From positions 288,001-352,000 of the forward strand of contig JBGARZ010000001.1 in the NCBI GenBank assembly GCA_044229975.1: a DNA stretch of 64,000 nucleotides, read 5' to 3'. The stretch is from Polyangiales bacterium (lineage in GTDB: Bacteria; Myxococcota_A; Polyangia; Polyangiales; Ga0077539). The notes under the pieces were generated by a model. It had not been told where the DNA came from, searched no databases, and saw only the letters and a program-made list of their open reading frames with translations. A program made the position numbers and the translations under genes. Shown here piece by piece: positions 54,894 to 64,000 of this stretch (its first letter is position 1; every line of letters begins with the position of its first letter).

Positions 54894-56086
54894 GTGTCGT
54901 CGCCGCAGGAGAGCGCGCGGACGGCCACGCCGAGGGCCGGGTTGGATGGATCGACCTCCAGCAGCGAGAAGCCCGCGGGCGTGGCGAGCACGTTGCCAGC
55001 AGCGCAACGCTGGGCGCTGCTCGACTCGTGGATGATCGCTCGATGACGGACGTCGTAGACGTGCACCGTGCAGCCGCCGCCCGCGATGGGCGCGTGGAGC
55101 ACCAGCAGCCGGTCGCCCGACACCGCGACCGCCTGCACGTCGTTGGTGTCGATGCTGGTGTCGATGCTGGCCGCGGAGCCAACGATGGGGGCGAGCTGAA
55201 GCACCTGCGAGGGCGCATTGAACTGCCCCTCCAACTGCCTGTCCGTGGCCGGGGTGAGCTCCGCCCGCACGCAACCGCTGAGCAGGCACACGACCTTGCC
55301 AGGACCCGCCCAGGTGTTGCGGCCATCGGGTTCGAGCACCCACGACCACAGGGTGCTGTCACGGCCCAGATACCCCTGCACCACGAAGCGCCCGAAGTCC
55401 CAGCGCACCTCCATCGACCGCAGCTGCTCGGACACATCGGATTGCGGGCCCGGCACGGACAGCGGACGTGGATCCATCAAGAGCTCGCCGTCGGCTCCCA
55501 CCAGCGCGACCCACGGTGTCCCCCCACCGTGGCCGACGTATTCCTCGCGGATCCAACCCAACAGCACGGCGCCCTCGCGCGATGCCGCTCCGACGATCGT
55601 CTCCCGTTCGCGCAACGCGGTCGGCAAGGCCATCGCCCCGTCGAGCGACAGGCGCCGCACCGGACGCGGCGACAGGAAGCGCGCATCGACGAAGGTCACC
55701 CTCTCGTCCGCCGCGCCGACATACCCACGCCCCGTCCACCCCAGGGCCTGCGGCCAGAGCGAGAGGGCGCTTGGCAACGATCCCTCGACCGCCACGTCGC
55801 CCGCGTCGCGGTCGACCATCGGGGCGTGCGCGTCACGCCAGGAGAGCCGCTGGCCGCGCGCGGCGCGCCCGATCACCCGCGGACCGTTGGGGCCGGCGGA
55901 CAACCACGGAGACTCCAGGCCCTCGGGGGTCGCGACGTAGTGAGCCTCCTCCAGGGAGCAACCGTGCTGCGTCGCACGCGGCGCGGCGAGCGGTATCGTC
56001 GCGGACGCGTCGGGCCTCACGTTGCTGCTGCGAGGACAACCGAGCAGCGACCACCCCAGCACCAGCAACACGCCTACGGCACGCAC
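54890..56086 (-). CDS. Hypothetical lipoprotein
   Basis: LLGC lipobox; TATGGT 6 nt before the GTG; coupled to pyrD. Confidence 0.65.
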   Translation of the reverse strand: MRAVGVLLVLGWSLLGCPRSSNVRPDASATIPLAAPRATQHGCSLEEAHYVATPEGLESPWLSAGPNGPRVIGRAARGQRLSWRDAHAPMVDRDAGDVAVEGSLPSALSLWPQALGWTGRGYVGAADERVTFVDARFLSPRPVRRLSLDGAMALPTALRERETIVGAASREGAVLLGWIREEYVGHGGGTPWVALVGADGELLMDPRPLSVPGPQSDVSEQLRSMEVRWDFGRFVVQGYLGRDSTLWSWVLEPDGRNTWAGPGKVVCLLSGCVRAELTPATDRQLEGQFNAPSQVLQLAPIVGSAASIDTSIDTNDVQAVAVSGDRLLVLHAPIAGGGCTVHVYDVRHRAIIHESSSAQRCAAGNVLATPAGFSLLEVDPSNPALGVAVRALSCGDDT

Positions 56087-56112
56087 CGCGCGACCATAGC
56101 GCGATCTGCCGC

Positions 56113-57075
56113 TCAGTTACGACGATGGAGGCGAAACTCCACCAGCATCCCCGACGGCCCGCCTTCGAGGTTGCCGAAGTTGCGCGTGGCGCCGTCGCGC
56201 GCCGGCAGGCTCAGCGGCGCCGCGAGCAGCGGCAGCGTGCGGGGCGCGTCGACGTGACGATCGGCGTGGGTGAGCTCGGGCGCCGTGACCCGCTGCGCGT
56301 CGAAGTTGAGGATGAGCGACCCGCTGCCCGGATCGATGTTGCCCGTGACGGCCGTGAGGACGTTGCCTCCCACCGCGCGCCCTCGGCGCACGGTGCTGTC
56401 ATCGCAGGTGCCGAAGTTGGCGAGGCGCGCGGTGCAGCGACCCGGGCCGAGCGAGGTCACCCGCAGGTCGTCGCTCACCGAGAGGTCGACGGTCATGTTG
56501 CGACATGTGAGCTCGTAGTTGGCCAGGGCGCTGATGCCCACGCAGCGCGCGGCATGGGTGGTGTCGATCTCCAGGCGCCACGAGCGCTCGATGAGCCGCA
56601 GCGAGGTGGTCATCGACAGGCTGTCCACCACGCGATTGCCCTCGGAGAGGTCGATGCGAACGCGCACCTCCAGCTCCGGGGGATCGGGCAGCTGCGTCGG
56701 CGCCGTGTACCGCGCGTTGCCGTTGAGCCCCGGGGTGAGCCCGCCGCCGCCCGCTGCGTCGGTCGACCCGCTCGACGACCACTGCACCCGCACCGAGCGG
56801 CCGCCGCCCACGTCGCCCACCGTCGGAACCTCCGGCGCGCCCGCGCCCGTCGGGTTGCGCGTCGAGGGGATGCCCGTGCAGCGCACCTCCAGCTCGGAGG
56901 TCGCGCCCGGCACCAGCACCCGACGATTGACGTCGAGCCGACACGAGAAGCGCCCCTGGTTGGAGCGGTTGAGGGAAGGGTCAGCCGCCCCCGCGTCCTG
57001 AGCGAACGCGGGCGCAGCAAAGACAAGCGACATCAGCGCGGGCACGAGGCCCTTCGATACCCACCGATCGGTCAT
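56113..57075 (-). CDS. Hypothetical secreted beta-rich protein
   Basis: Signal peptide ending AFAQ; Ig-like ARYTAP motif; several Cys. Confidence 0.65.
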   Translation of the reverse strand: MTDRWVSKGLVPALMSLVFAAPAFAQDAGAADPSLNRSNQGRFSCRLDVNRRVLVPGATSELEVRCTGIPSTRNPTGAGAPEVPTVGDVGGGRSVRVQWSSSGSTDAAGGGGLTPGLNGNARYTAPTQLPDPPELEVRVRIDLSEGNRVVDSLSMTTSLRLIERSWRLEIDTTHAARCVGISALANYELTCRNMTVDLSVSDDLRVTSLGPGRCTARLANFGTCDDSTVRRGRAVGGNVLTAVTGNIDPGSGSLILNFDAQRVTAPELTHADRHVDAPRTLPLLAAPLSLPARDGATRNFGNLEGGPSGMLVEFRLHRRN

Positions 57076-57192
57076 GGCGAGAGTGTGCCTCCGCGACGCG
57101 AAGCGCCGCAACATCCTGGACAGCCAGGACGCGCCGCCCGGAGGCGGCATTCAACGATCGGTCGAGAGGAGAAAGGGAGCGGGAGACGCGAA

Positions 57193-59604
57193 TCAGTTGG
57201 TGCCGACGACGACGGCCGGAGCCTCGGCCCCGAGCACCACCGGGGTCTCCAGCGCGTACTGAAGAACGTCCTCCATCTTGCTGACGGGGATGAACTCCAT
57301 CGCGTCACGGATCTCCTGCGGCACCTCCTCCAGGTCGGGCTTGTTCCGCTCGGGGAGCAGGATGCGCTTGATGCCCGCGCGGTGCGCCGCGAGCACCTTC
57401 TCCTTGATGCCGCCCACCGGCAGCACGCGGCCGCGCAGGGTGATCTCACCCGTCATGGCGACGTCGTGGCGCACGCGGATGCCCTTCAGCATCGAGAACA
57501 GCGCCGTGAACATCGTCACGCCCGCGCTCGGCCCGTCCTTGGGCATGGCCCCGGCCGGGATGTGGATGTGGATGTCGCTCTTGTCGAGGAAGTCTTCGGG
57601 GATGCCGAGCTGCCGCGACTTCGATCGCACGAAGGACAGCGCGGCCTGCGCCGACTCCTTCATCACGTCGCCGAGCTGCCCGGTGAGCTGCATCTTGCCC
57701 GTGCCCGGCATCCGCGTGGCCTCGATGAAGAGGATCTCTCCCCCCACCGGCGTCCACGCGAGGCCCGTCGCCACGCCGGCCTCTTCGGTGCGCTCGGCCA
57801 CCTCGCTCGTGTACTTCGCCTGACCGAGGTACGGCACCAGGTCGTCGGCGCTGTCGATCTTGTACGGACCGGCGTTGCCCTCGGCGATCTTCACCGCGAC
57901 GCCACGGATGACGCTCGCCACCTGACGCTCCAGGCTGCGAACGCCCGCTTCGCGCGTGTAGAAATCGGTGATCGCCTCGATGGCCGCGTCGGTGATCTCG
58001 AGCTGCGCGGTCTTGATGCCGTGCTCGTCGAGCTGCTTGGGCAGCAGGTGCTGCCGCGCGATGGCCCGCTTCTCGTTGCGCGTGTACCCCGGAATATCGA
58101 GGATCTCCATGCGGTCGCGGAGCGGCGCGGGGATGGGGTCGGCCACGTTGGCCGTCGCCACGAACATCACCTGCGAGAGGTCGTACGGGATCTCCAGGTA
58201 GTGGTCGCTGAAGGTGTGGTTCTGCTCCGGGTCGAGGACTTCGAGCAGCGCCGCCGAGGGGTCGCCGCGGAAGTCGTGGCCGATCTTGTCGACCTCATCG
58301 AGCATGAACACCGGGTTGATGGTGCCCGACTTCTTCATCCCTTGGATGACCTGACCGGGGAGCGCGCCGACGTACGTACGACGGTGGCCACGAATGGCCG
58401 CCTCGTCGTGCACGCCACCGAGCGACACGCGCACGAACTTGCGACCGAGCGCCTTCGCGATGGACCGACCGAGGGAGGTCTTGCCGACGCCGGGCGGGCC
58501 GAGCAGGCAGAGGATCGGGCCCTTCTTGTCGGCCTTCAGCTTGCGCACCGCGAGGTACTCGAGGATGCGCTTCTTCACCTTCTCCAGGCCGTAGTGGTCC
58601 TCGTCGAGCACCTCGCGAACCTTGGCGATCTCCAGGTTGTCGGGCGTGCTGTTGGTCCACGGCAGGTCGAGGATCCAATCGAGGTACGTCCGCACCACGG
58701 TGTACTCGGCCGACCCGACCTGCATCGAGCGCAGCCGACGGAGCTGCTTGCGCGCGACCTGCTCGCTCTCGCCCGGGAGGTTCGCCTTGGTGATGCGCTC
58801 CTCCAGACCGTCGAGGTCTCCCTGGTCGCCCTCGTCTTCGCCCAGCTCTTCCTTGATGGCCTTGAGCTGCTGGCGGAGAACGTACTCCCGCTGGTTCTTG
58901 CCCATCTCCTCCTTGATCTGGGAGTTGATGCGCTCGCGCATCTTCAGGATCTCCAGCTGCCTCGTGAGCAGCTTGAGCACCTGCTTGATGCGGTCTTTCA
59001 CGTCCGGTGAGGACATGAGCTGGGCCTTCTCCTCCACCGGCGCATCGAGCTGCGCGGCGACGAGGTCGGCCAGCGCCCCCGGCTCCTGGATGGAGTCGAT
59101 GAGCGACTGCGCCTCGCGCGGCAGCTCGGGCATCAGCGTGATGACCTGCTTGGCCACCTCGCGCAGGGACATCGCCAGCGCCTCGGCCTCGACGTCATCG
59201 GCCACGGGCGACTCCTCCACCCGACGCACCTTCGCGCGGAGGTAGGGAGCGTGCTGCGTGATGCCGTCGAGCTTGATGCGGGTGAGCCCCTGGAGGATCA
59301 GGGAGTAGTTGCCGGTGGAGTGCTTCAGGCTCTTCAGCACCCGCGCCGCGGCGCCCACGGGGTAGAGGTCGCCCTCCCCCGGGTCGTCGATGTTGGGGTC
59401 GCGCTGGGCGAAGATCGCGATGACGGGCTGCGAAAGGTTTTCCAGGTCTTCGACCAGGGCGACGGACTTCTCGCGCCCCACGTCGAAGGGCGCCACCGCG
59501 CCCGGAAACAGAACCGCGTTGCGGATCGGCAGCACCGGCAGCTCGTCACCAAACTTCAGGTCGTTTTCGTCCGGGGGAGTCCCCCCGCGCTTGCGCTCGG
59601 GCAT
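57193..59604 (-). CDS. lon: ATP-dependent Lon protease
   Basis: LON N-domain LPVLPIRNAVLFPG; Walker A GPPGVGKT; RRTYVGALPG; PKDGPSAG catalytic Ser; GGIKEK. Confidence 0.98.
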   Translation of the reverse strand: MPERKRGGTPPDENDLKFGDELPVLPIRNAVLFPGAVAPFDVGREKSVALVEDLENLSQPVIAIFAQRDPNIDDPGEGDLYPVGAAARVLKSLKHSTGNYSLILQGLTRIKLDGITQHAPYLRAKVRRVEESPVADDVEAEALAMSLREVAKQVITLMPELPREAQSLIDSIQEPGALADLVAAQLDAPVEEKAQLMSSPDVKDRIKQVLKLLTRQLEILKMRERINSQIKEEMGKNQREYVLRQQLKAIKEELGEDEGDQGDLDGLEERITKANLPGESEQVARKQLRRLRSMQVGSAEYTVVRTYLDWILDLPWTNSTPDNLEIAKVREVLDEDHYGLEKVKKRILEYLAVRKLKADKKGPILCLLGPPGVGKTSLGRSIAKALGRKFVRVSLGGVHDEAAIRGHRRTYVGALPGQVIQGMKKSGTINPVFMLDEVDKIGHDFRGDPSAALLEVLDPEQNHTFSDHYLEIPYDLSQVMFVATANVADPIPAPLRDRMEILDIPGYTRNEKRAIARQHLLPKQLDEHGIKTAQLEITDAAIEAITDFYTREAGVRSLERQVASVIRGVAVKIAEGNAGPYKIDSADDLVPYLGQAKYTSEVAERTEEAGVATGLAWTPVGGEILFIEATRMPGTGKMQLTGQLGDVMKESAQAALSFVRSKSRQLGIPEDFLDKSDIHIHIPAGAMPKDGPSAGVTMFTALFSMLKGIRVRHDVAMTGEITLRGRVLPVGGIKEKVLAAHRAGIKRILLPERNKPDLEEVPQEIRDAMEFIPVSKMEDVLQYALETPVVLGAEAPAVVVGTN

Positions 59605-59729
59605 CGATCACCTCGCCTACTGCCGACAGAGCGCCCGACCGCCCCGAGGCACCCCGTATCCACCCCGCGCACCAAGCGCGAACCGTCACGAGACCTCAGG
59701 AAACAGCCGTGTCTGCGGCGTGACGGGAG

Positions 59730-59758
59730 ACCTTAGTCACCTTGCCCCCGCATGGCAA
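59730..59758 (-). promoter_or_regulatory. Putative sigma70-type promoter of lon
   Basis: TTGCCA (59758-59753), 17-nt spacer, TAAGGT (59735-59730). Confidence 0.5.
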
Positions 59759-59887
59759 CGGCACATCTCGCGCCAACGCCTCTGCGCGCCCACGCCCTCG
59801 CCGCACGGTCCGTCGTCGCAGTCGCCGTCGTTGGGGCACGCCCGCTCGGCCATGCCCCCCATCGCCCGCGGCGCACGTCGTCCCGCT

Positions 59888-61174
59888 TCAGTACCAGCCG
59901 CTCGCCGCGGGCATCGGAGGGAACGACAGCCGCATGTCCATGCGCCGCTCGTCGGCGAGCTCTTCGAAGTACCGCCGCCAGTCGGGCACGCCCTCCACCA
60001 GCCGCAAGAACATCGCGCTCGGCAACACCAGCACCACGCCGCCCTCCGTCGCCGTCACCGTCGCCGTCACCGGGACGTTTTCCAGCAGCGAGATCTCGCC
60101 GAACACGTCGCCCGGCCCGAGGTCGGCCAGCGGCGCCGGTCCGTTGGGCGTCTCGCGGCTCACCGACACCGCGCCGTGCAGCACCACGTGAAGCCCACTG
60201 CCCAGGCCGCCTTCGCGCAGCAGCACGTCGCCCGCGTTGATGGGCTTCGCCTCGAAGCGCGACCCGAGCTGCACCCGCTGCCCCGCGTCGAAGGGCGCGA
60301 ACATCGCGTGCGTGTCGAGCAGCCGCTTCACCAGGCGCTGCCGCATGAAGCGCTCCAGGGCTGCCGCAATCACCGGCAGTTGCTTCGCCGCCGCCGACAG
60401 CGCGTCGCGCCCGAACACCAGCACGTCCGACGGCTCCACCGCCGTCACCGTCGCCGCGCGCGGCGCCGCCGAGAGCAGGGCCATCTCGCCGAAGATCGCG
60501 CCGTCCTCCAGCGTGGCCAGCGTGTCCTTGCCCCGCGTCACCCGCACGCTTCCTCGCGCGAGCAGGAAGAACGAATCGCCCGGGTCACCCTCGCGCACCG
60601 CCGTCTCGCCCGCGGCGAGCGAGCGACGCGAGACCGCGCCCAGCACGTCGGCGAAGGCGTCGGGCGGCAGCTCCGAGAGCAGCGGGATGGCGGGCACCGC
60701 GCCCGACCACGCGGGCAATCCGTCGCGGGATGAAGCGAGCTGCGCGGCGGCGTCGCAGACCTGTGCGTCGCTCCACGCAACGGGGACCCACGCCTCGGGG
60801 GGGACCAGCATGTCGGGGTCGGGGCGCGCGAGGCGAACGGCGCGACCGAGCGAGGGTGACCCGGCGGCGTAGCGCGCGGCGAAGGTGGGGAGCAGCGCGC
60901 GGGCCGCGGGGTCGAGGGCTTCGAGGGCCTTCAGCGCGACAAGGGCGAGCATCGGGTGCCCCGCCGCGCTCGCCTCGGAGAGCACCAGCGAGAAGACCTG
61001 GACGGCCTGCGGGAGGCGGCCGAGCGCGGCGAGCACGTCGCCGATGCGGAGGCGCGACTCGAAATCGTGCGCGGCGGAGCGCACCAGCGAGACGAGTCCG
61101 CGGAGCGCATCGACGGGAGCGTTGGCGCGGAGGGCGTCGTCGGTCTGGACGGCGAGGTCACGTCGGGTGGGCAT
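59888..61174 (-). CDS. Protein with an N-terminal TPR-like region and two cyclic-nucleotide-binding domains
   Basis: VREGDPGDSFFLLARG...IFGEMALL...RAATV; LREG...VFGEISLL...TATV; TATCGT 7 nt before the ATG. Confidence 0.9.
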   Translation of the reverse strand: MPTRRDLAVQTDDALRANAPVDALRGLVSLVRSAAHDFESRLRIGDVLAALGRLPQAVQVFSLVLSEASAAGHPMLALVALKALEALDPAARALLPTFAARYAAGSPSLGRAVRLARPDPDMLVPPEAWVPVAWSDAQVCDAAAQLASSRDGLPAWSGAVPAIPLLSELPPDAFADVLGAVSRRSLAAGETAVREGDPGDSFFLLARGSVRVTRGKDTLATLEDGAIFGEMALLSAAPRAATVTAVEPSDVLVFGRDALSAAAKQLPVIAAALERFMRQRLVKRLLDTHAMFAPFDAGQRVQLGSRFEAKPINAGDVLLREGGLGSGLHVVLHGAVSVSRETPNGPAPLADLGPGDVFGEISLLENVPVTATVTATEGGVVLVLPSAMFLRLVEGVPDWRRYFEELADERRMDMRLSFPPMPAASGWY

Positions 61175-61242
61175 CGCGGCGACGATAACCCGCGAGCCCG
61201 GTTGCTGGCACGACCCCGCCGGGGCTGGTAGATCGCTCCTCC

Positions 61243-61878
61243 ATGGACACCTCCGGGCTCGACCTGCGCTTCCGTCTCGGATCGACCCCGGTCACGGTGA
61301 CCCCGTTGTTCTGGCTGTCGGGGCTCTTCATCGTCATGCAGCAGCGGCTCAGCGGGCCGCAGCTCGTCTTGTGGCTGCTGCTGTATTTCGTGTCGATCCT
61401 CGTGCACGAGATGGGGCACGCGCTGGTGTCGCAGGCGTACGGATCCCACGCGGCGGTCACGCTGCACTCCTTCGGCGGCGAGGCCCGCCACCGCCCGCTG
61501 TCACGGTGGCGCTCGGTCGCGGTCTCGCTCGCGGGCCCCGGCGCGGGCTTCGTGCTCGGCGCCATCGCGTTTGGCGTGTTGCGTGGCACTGGCCTCAGTA
61601 CGTTCACGCTCGGCGGTTGGGCGCTCCTCCAACTGGTGATCATGAACTTCTTCTGGGGGTTCATGAACCTCCTGCCGGTTCTGCCGCTCGATGGGGGCAA
61701 CGTGCTGATGGGGGCCCTCGGCCGACGCCACGAGCGCACCGTTCACATCGTCGGCGTCGTGGTGGCCGGGCTCGTGGTGCTCTGGGCGGTGACCGCGGGA
61801 CAGATCTTCATCGCGCTGATGTTCGGGATGCTGGCCTTCCAGAACATCCAGACCCTGCGAGCCCTCGGCGGGCGCTGA
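61243..61878 (+). CDS. Site-2 protease (M50) family membrane metalloprotease
   Basis: HEMGH, SLAGP, NLLPVLPLDGG. Confidence 0.92.
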   Translation: MDTSGLDLRFRLGSTPVTVTPLFWLSGLFIVMQQRLSGPQLVLWLLLYFVSILVHEMGHALVSQAYGSHAAVTLHSFGGEARHRPLSRWRSVAVSLAGPGAGFVLGAIAFGVLRGTGLSTFTLGGWALLQLVIMNFFWGFMNLLPVLPLDGGNVLMGALGRRHERTVHIVGVVVAGLVVLWAVTAGQIFIALMFGMLAFQNIQTLRALGGR

Positions 61879-61888
61879 CGGGAAGGTC

Positions 61889-62536
61889 TCAGGGCGCCGC
61901 GGTGCCCTCGATGATCGGAAACTCATCGCGGTAGGTCAGGAAGGTCGCGCGCACCGCGATCGCGTGCACCAGCGACACCAGGCAGTACGCGGCCGTCGCC
62001 ACGAGGAACTCGTCGTGCGGGTGCAGGCGCCACCACACGAGCGCCGCCACCAGGGCCAGCGCGTTGTAGATCCCGATGACCTTCGCGGCCCGCAGCGTCA
62101 CGCGGTCGGCCCGGCCACGTTCGCCGCGAACCAGCGCGCAGCCCGCCGACCAGCAGAGCCACGCGCACCAGATCCCGGGGAAGAACGACGCGAACACCAC
62201 CATCCCCACCGGATCGCCGCGGTCGTTCACCAAGCCGTACGGCCGATCATTGAAGACCAGCAGACCCAGGCACCACAGCAGGAAGCCCGGGACGGCCATC
62301 TGCCCGAGAAACCAGCTCACGAACGCCATGAACCGCAGCCCGGCGGGTGCCTTCCTTCGCGGCGGCCCCTCTACGACCATCCGCACGTTGCCCTCGCGGA
62401 AGGCGCCCTCTCCCAACACGCCGAGGTCTCGCTCCTGCGGTATCGCCCAACGCGAGCGCCACCGCCCCTCGACGATGATCATCGTAAGGAACGGCACGAT
62501 CAGCGAGCCCACCACCACCGCCGCCAACACGTCCAT
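61889..62536 (-). CDS. Hypothetical membrane protein
   Basis: About 5 TM segments; TAGTCT 7 nt before ATG 62536. Confidence 0.65.
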   Translation of the reverse strand: MDVLAAVVVGSLIVPFLTMIIVEGRWRSRWAIPQERDLGVLGEGAFREGNVRMVVEGPPRRKAPAGLRFMAFVSWFLGQMAVPGFLLWCLGLLVFNDRPYGLVNDRGDPVGMVVFASFFPGIWCAWLCWSAGCALVRGERGRADRVTLRAAKVIGIYNALALVAALVWWRLHPHDEFLVATAAYCLVSLVHAIAVRATFLTYRDEFPIIEGTAAP

Positions 62537-62664
62537 GGCCGCCAGACTATCCCGAGCGACGGACACCGGCACCCGCCGTCGCGACCGTTGAGCAGCGACC
62601 CACGACCGCTCGCGGTGGTAGCGTCGCCGAGGCGTCCTCGACCGCCCGAGCGAACAAGACACCC

Positions 62665-63657
62665 ATGAAACCGCACGCCGCACGCACACTACGGGTCGCC
62701 TTCTGCGCGGCCTCGCTGTTCACCACCGGGGCGCTCGCCCAGGTCGATCCGGCGGTCACCGCGAACACACGACGCGACCTCATCCGACAGGCCCAGGAAG
62801 CCCGAACGCAAGGCGACCACGCCCGCGCCGTCGAGCTCGCCACGCGCGCTGGAGAGCTGGGAATCAACGTCGCCCTCCGCCGCTTCATCGCGGAAGAGCA
62901 GGTCGCCGCCGGGCTCATCGGCCCCGCGCTCACCAGCGCCCGGCTCTGCGTCACCGACGCCGACCACGACGCGAGCCCCGGGCGCGAGCCCCACCTCGCC
63001 GCGTGCCGCGCGCTCCAGACGAGCCTCGGCGTCAGGGTCGGGCGCGTGGTGGTCGAGGCCACGATGGTTCCGGGCATGGTGGTGCGCCTCAACGACGCCG
63101 AGCTGTCGTCGTCGGCGTGGGGGACGCCGCAGGTGGTGACGCCCGGCGCCGTGCTCGTGACGGCCACTGCACCAGGGCAGCGGCCGTTTCATGCCGTGCT
63201 CGATGTGGCGGCGGGCGCGACGAGCAACGTGCGGGTGAGCTTCGGCGGCAGCGCGTCGACTGCGGTCGGCGCGACGACAACTCCTCCGGCCGAGGCGCGC
63301 GGCCCGATCAACCCGGCGCCCTTCGTCGTGCTGGGTATCGGCGCGGCGGCCGTGGTCGCTGGTGGGGTGTTCTTCGTGCTGCGCGGATCGGCCATCGACG
63401 CGCGCGACAACCAGTGCGACGCGAGCGGTTGCCCCGAGGCGGCGCGGGCCGACCATGATCGCGCGGTGTCGTTCAACACGGCGACCAACGTCTCGATGGG
63501 CGTCGGCGCGGCCCTCGTCGCGGGTGGTCTCGTCTGGTACCTCGTGGCGCCGCGAAGGGCTGCGACCACCGAGCAGAGCGCACCGGCCCGACGCGCTGGT
63601 CCGTGGGTCTCACCGGCCAACGGCGGCGCGATGCTGGGCTGGCAGGGGACGCTCTGA
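62665..63657 (+). CDS. Secreted TPR-like + PEGA-like protein with a C-terminal membrane hairpin (myxobacterial type)
   Basis: Signal ending ALAQ; helical region; VTPGAVLVTATAPG; two hydrophobic helices flanking C...GC; ends LGWQGTL. Confidence 0.75.
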   Translation: MKPHAARTLRVAFCAASLFTTGALAQVDPAVTANTRRDLIRQAQEARTQGDHARAVELATRAGELGINVALRRFIAEEQVAAGLIGPALTSARLCVTDADHDASPGREPHLAACRALQTSLGVRVGRVVVEATMVPGMVVRLNDAELSSSAWGTPQVVTPGAVLVTATAPGQRPFHAVLDVAAGATSNVRVSFGGSASTAVGATTTPPAEARGPINPAPFVVLGIGAAAVVAGGVFFVLRGSAIDARDNQCDASGCPEAARADHDRAVSFNTATNVSMGVGAALVAGGLVWYLVAPRRAATTEQSAPARRAGPWVSPANGGAMLGWQGTL

Positions 63658-63729
63658 TTGCACCCTGGCTCTGGCCCAGGTCGGCACAGACGGTTCGTTG
63701 CCGGACGCTTGATTCGTCGACGAAATACG

Positions 63730-63744
63730 TGGCACCCCGATTGC
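63730..63744 (+). promoter_or_regulatory. sigma54 (-24/-12) promoter consensus
   Basis: TGGCAC-CCCGA-TTGC, an exact TGGCAC-N5-TTGC match, 13 nt before ATG 63758. Confidence 0.65.
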
Positions 63745-63757
63745 GAAGGGATGAGCC

Positions 63758-64000
63758 ATGAACCAACGACCTCGCTACCTGGGTGACCTCTTCCATCGGA
63801 TCGTGTTGATGATCGCGGTTCCGGTCGCGGGCTGCGGGAGCTCGGTGACGCCCGCGGTAGAGACCGACGCGGGGTCGGTGGACATCGGCTCGCCCGTCGA
63901 CCGACAGAACCCCGTCGACACCGGCACGCCGCGACCGGACGTCCCCTACGGCGACCTCCCTGGGATCGATGCGGGCACGCCGCGAGAAGACGTTCGCCTG
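63758..64000 (+). CDS. 5' part of a lipoprotein running off the window edge
   Basis: MNQRPRYLGDLFHRIVLMIAVPVAGCGSS... with VAGC lipobox and a DAG-rich linker; open to 64000. Confidence 0.6.
   Translation, partial: MNQRPRYLGDLFHRIVLMIAVPVAGCGSSVTPAVETDAGSVDIGSPVDRQNPVDTGTPRPDVPYGDLPGIDAGTPREDVRL

Noticed and set aside
55468..59010. 1180-aa plus-strand ORF
   Set aside because: Antisense to lon and two other genes; shadow frame
1..64000. tRNA, rRNA or riboswitch
   Set aside because: Intergenic gaps are short and none showed a cloverleaf or conserved RNA motif by eye; an Infernal/tRNAscan run would be needed to exclude them fully

Overview
Very GC-rich (about 70-75% by eye), gene-dense bacterial DNA with a Myxococcota/Polyangia-like gene set: MYXO-CTERM-like sorting tails, Cys-rich lipoproteins, and TSP3, Sel1 and NHL repeat proteins. 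I support about 55 CDS. Housekeeping genes include hemH, yegD, an A-type Fe-S carrier, a 2Fe-2S ferredoxin, scoAB, yebC, a phospho-sugar mutase, yggS, maf, pyrD and lon. There are also four tandem GT-C-type membrane glycosyltransferases and many secreted or surface proteins. I saw no rRNA, tRNA, CRISPR array, integrase or transposase. The most striking locus is 19461-24040 (minus strand). One ~1044-aa protein fuses a VWA (MIDAS) domain, a small unnamed domain, a uracil-DNA-glycosylase (UNG family 1)-like domain and a C-terminal R-S-E ADP-ribosyltransferase. In the UNG-like domain the catalytic Asp and the intercalating Leu are replaced (GQNPY, HPNPAA). Directly downstream is a lower-GC, coupled pair: an intact EEP (ExoIII/AP-endonuclease fold) nuclease and a 148-aa unknown. 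This is a candidate DNA-sensing, ADP-ribosylating anti-phage or conflict system. A second window-wide pattern is a TAnnnT -10 hexamer 6-10 nt before many start codons, suggesting frequent leaderless mRNAs, plus three sigma54-type promoters. All calls come from reading motifs by eye; no database searches were run.
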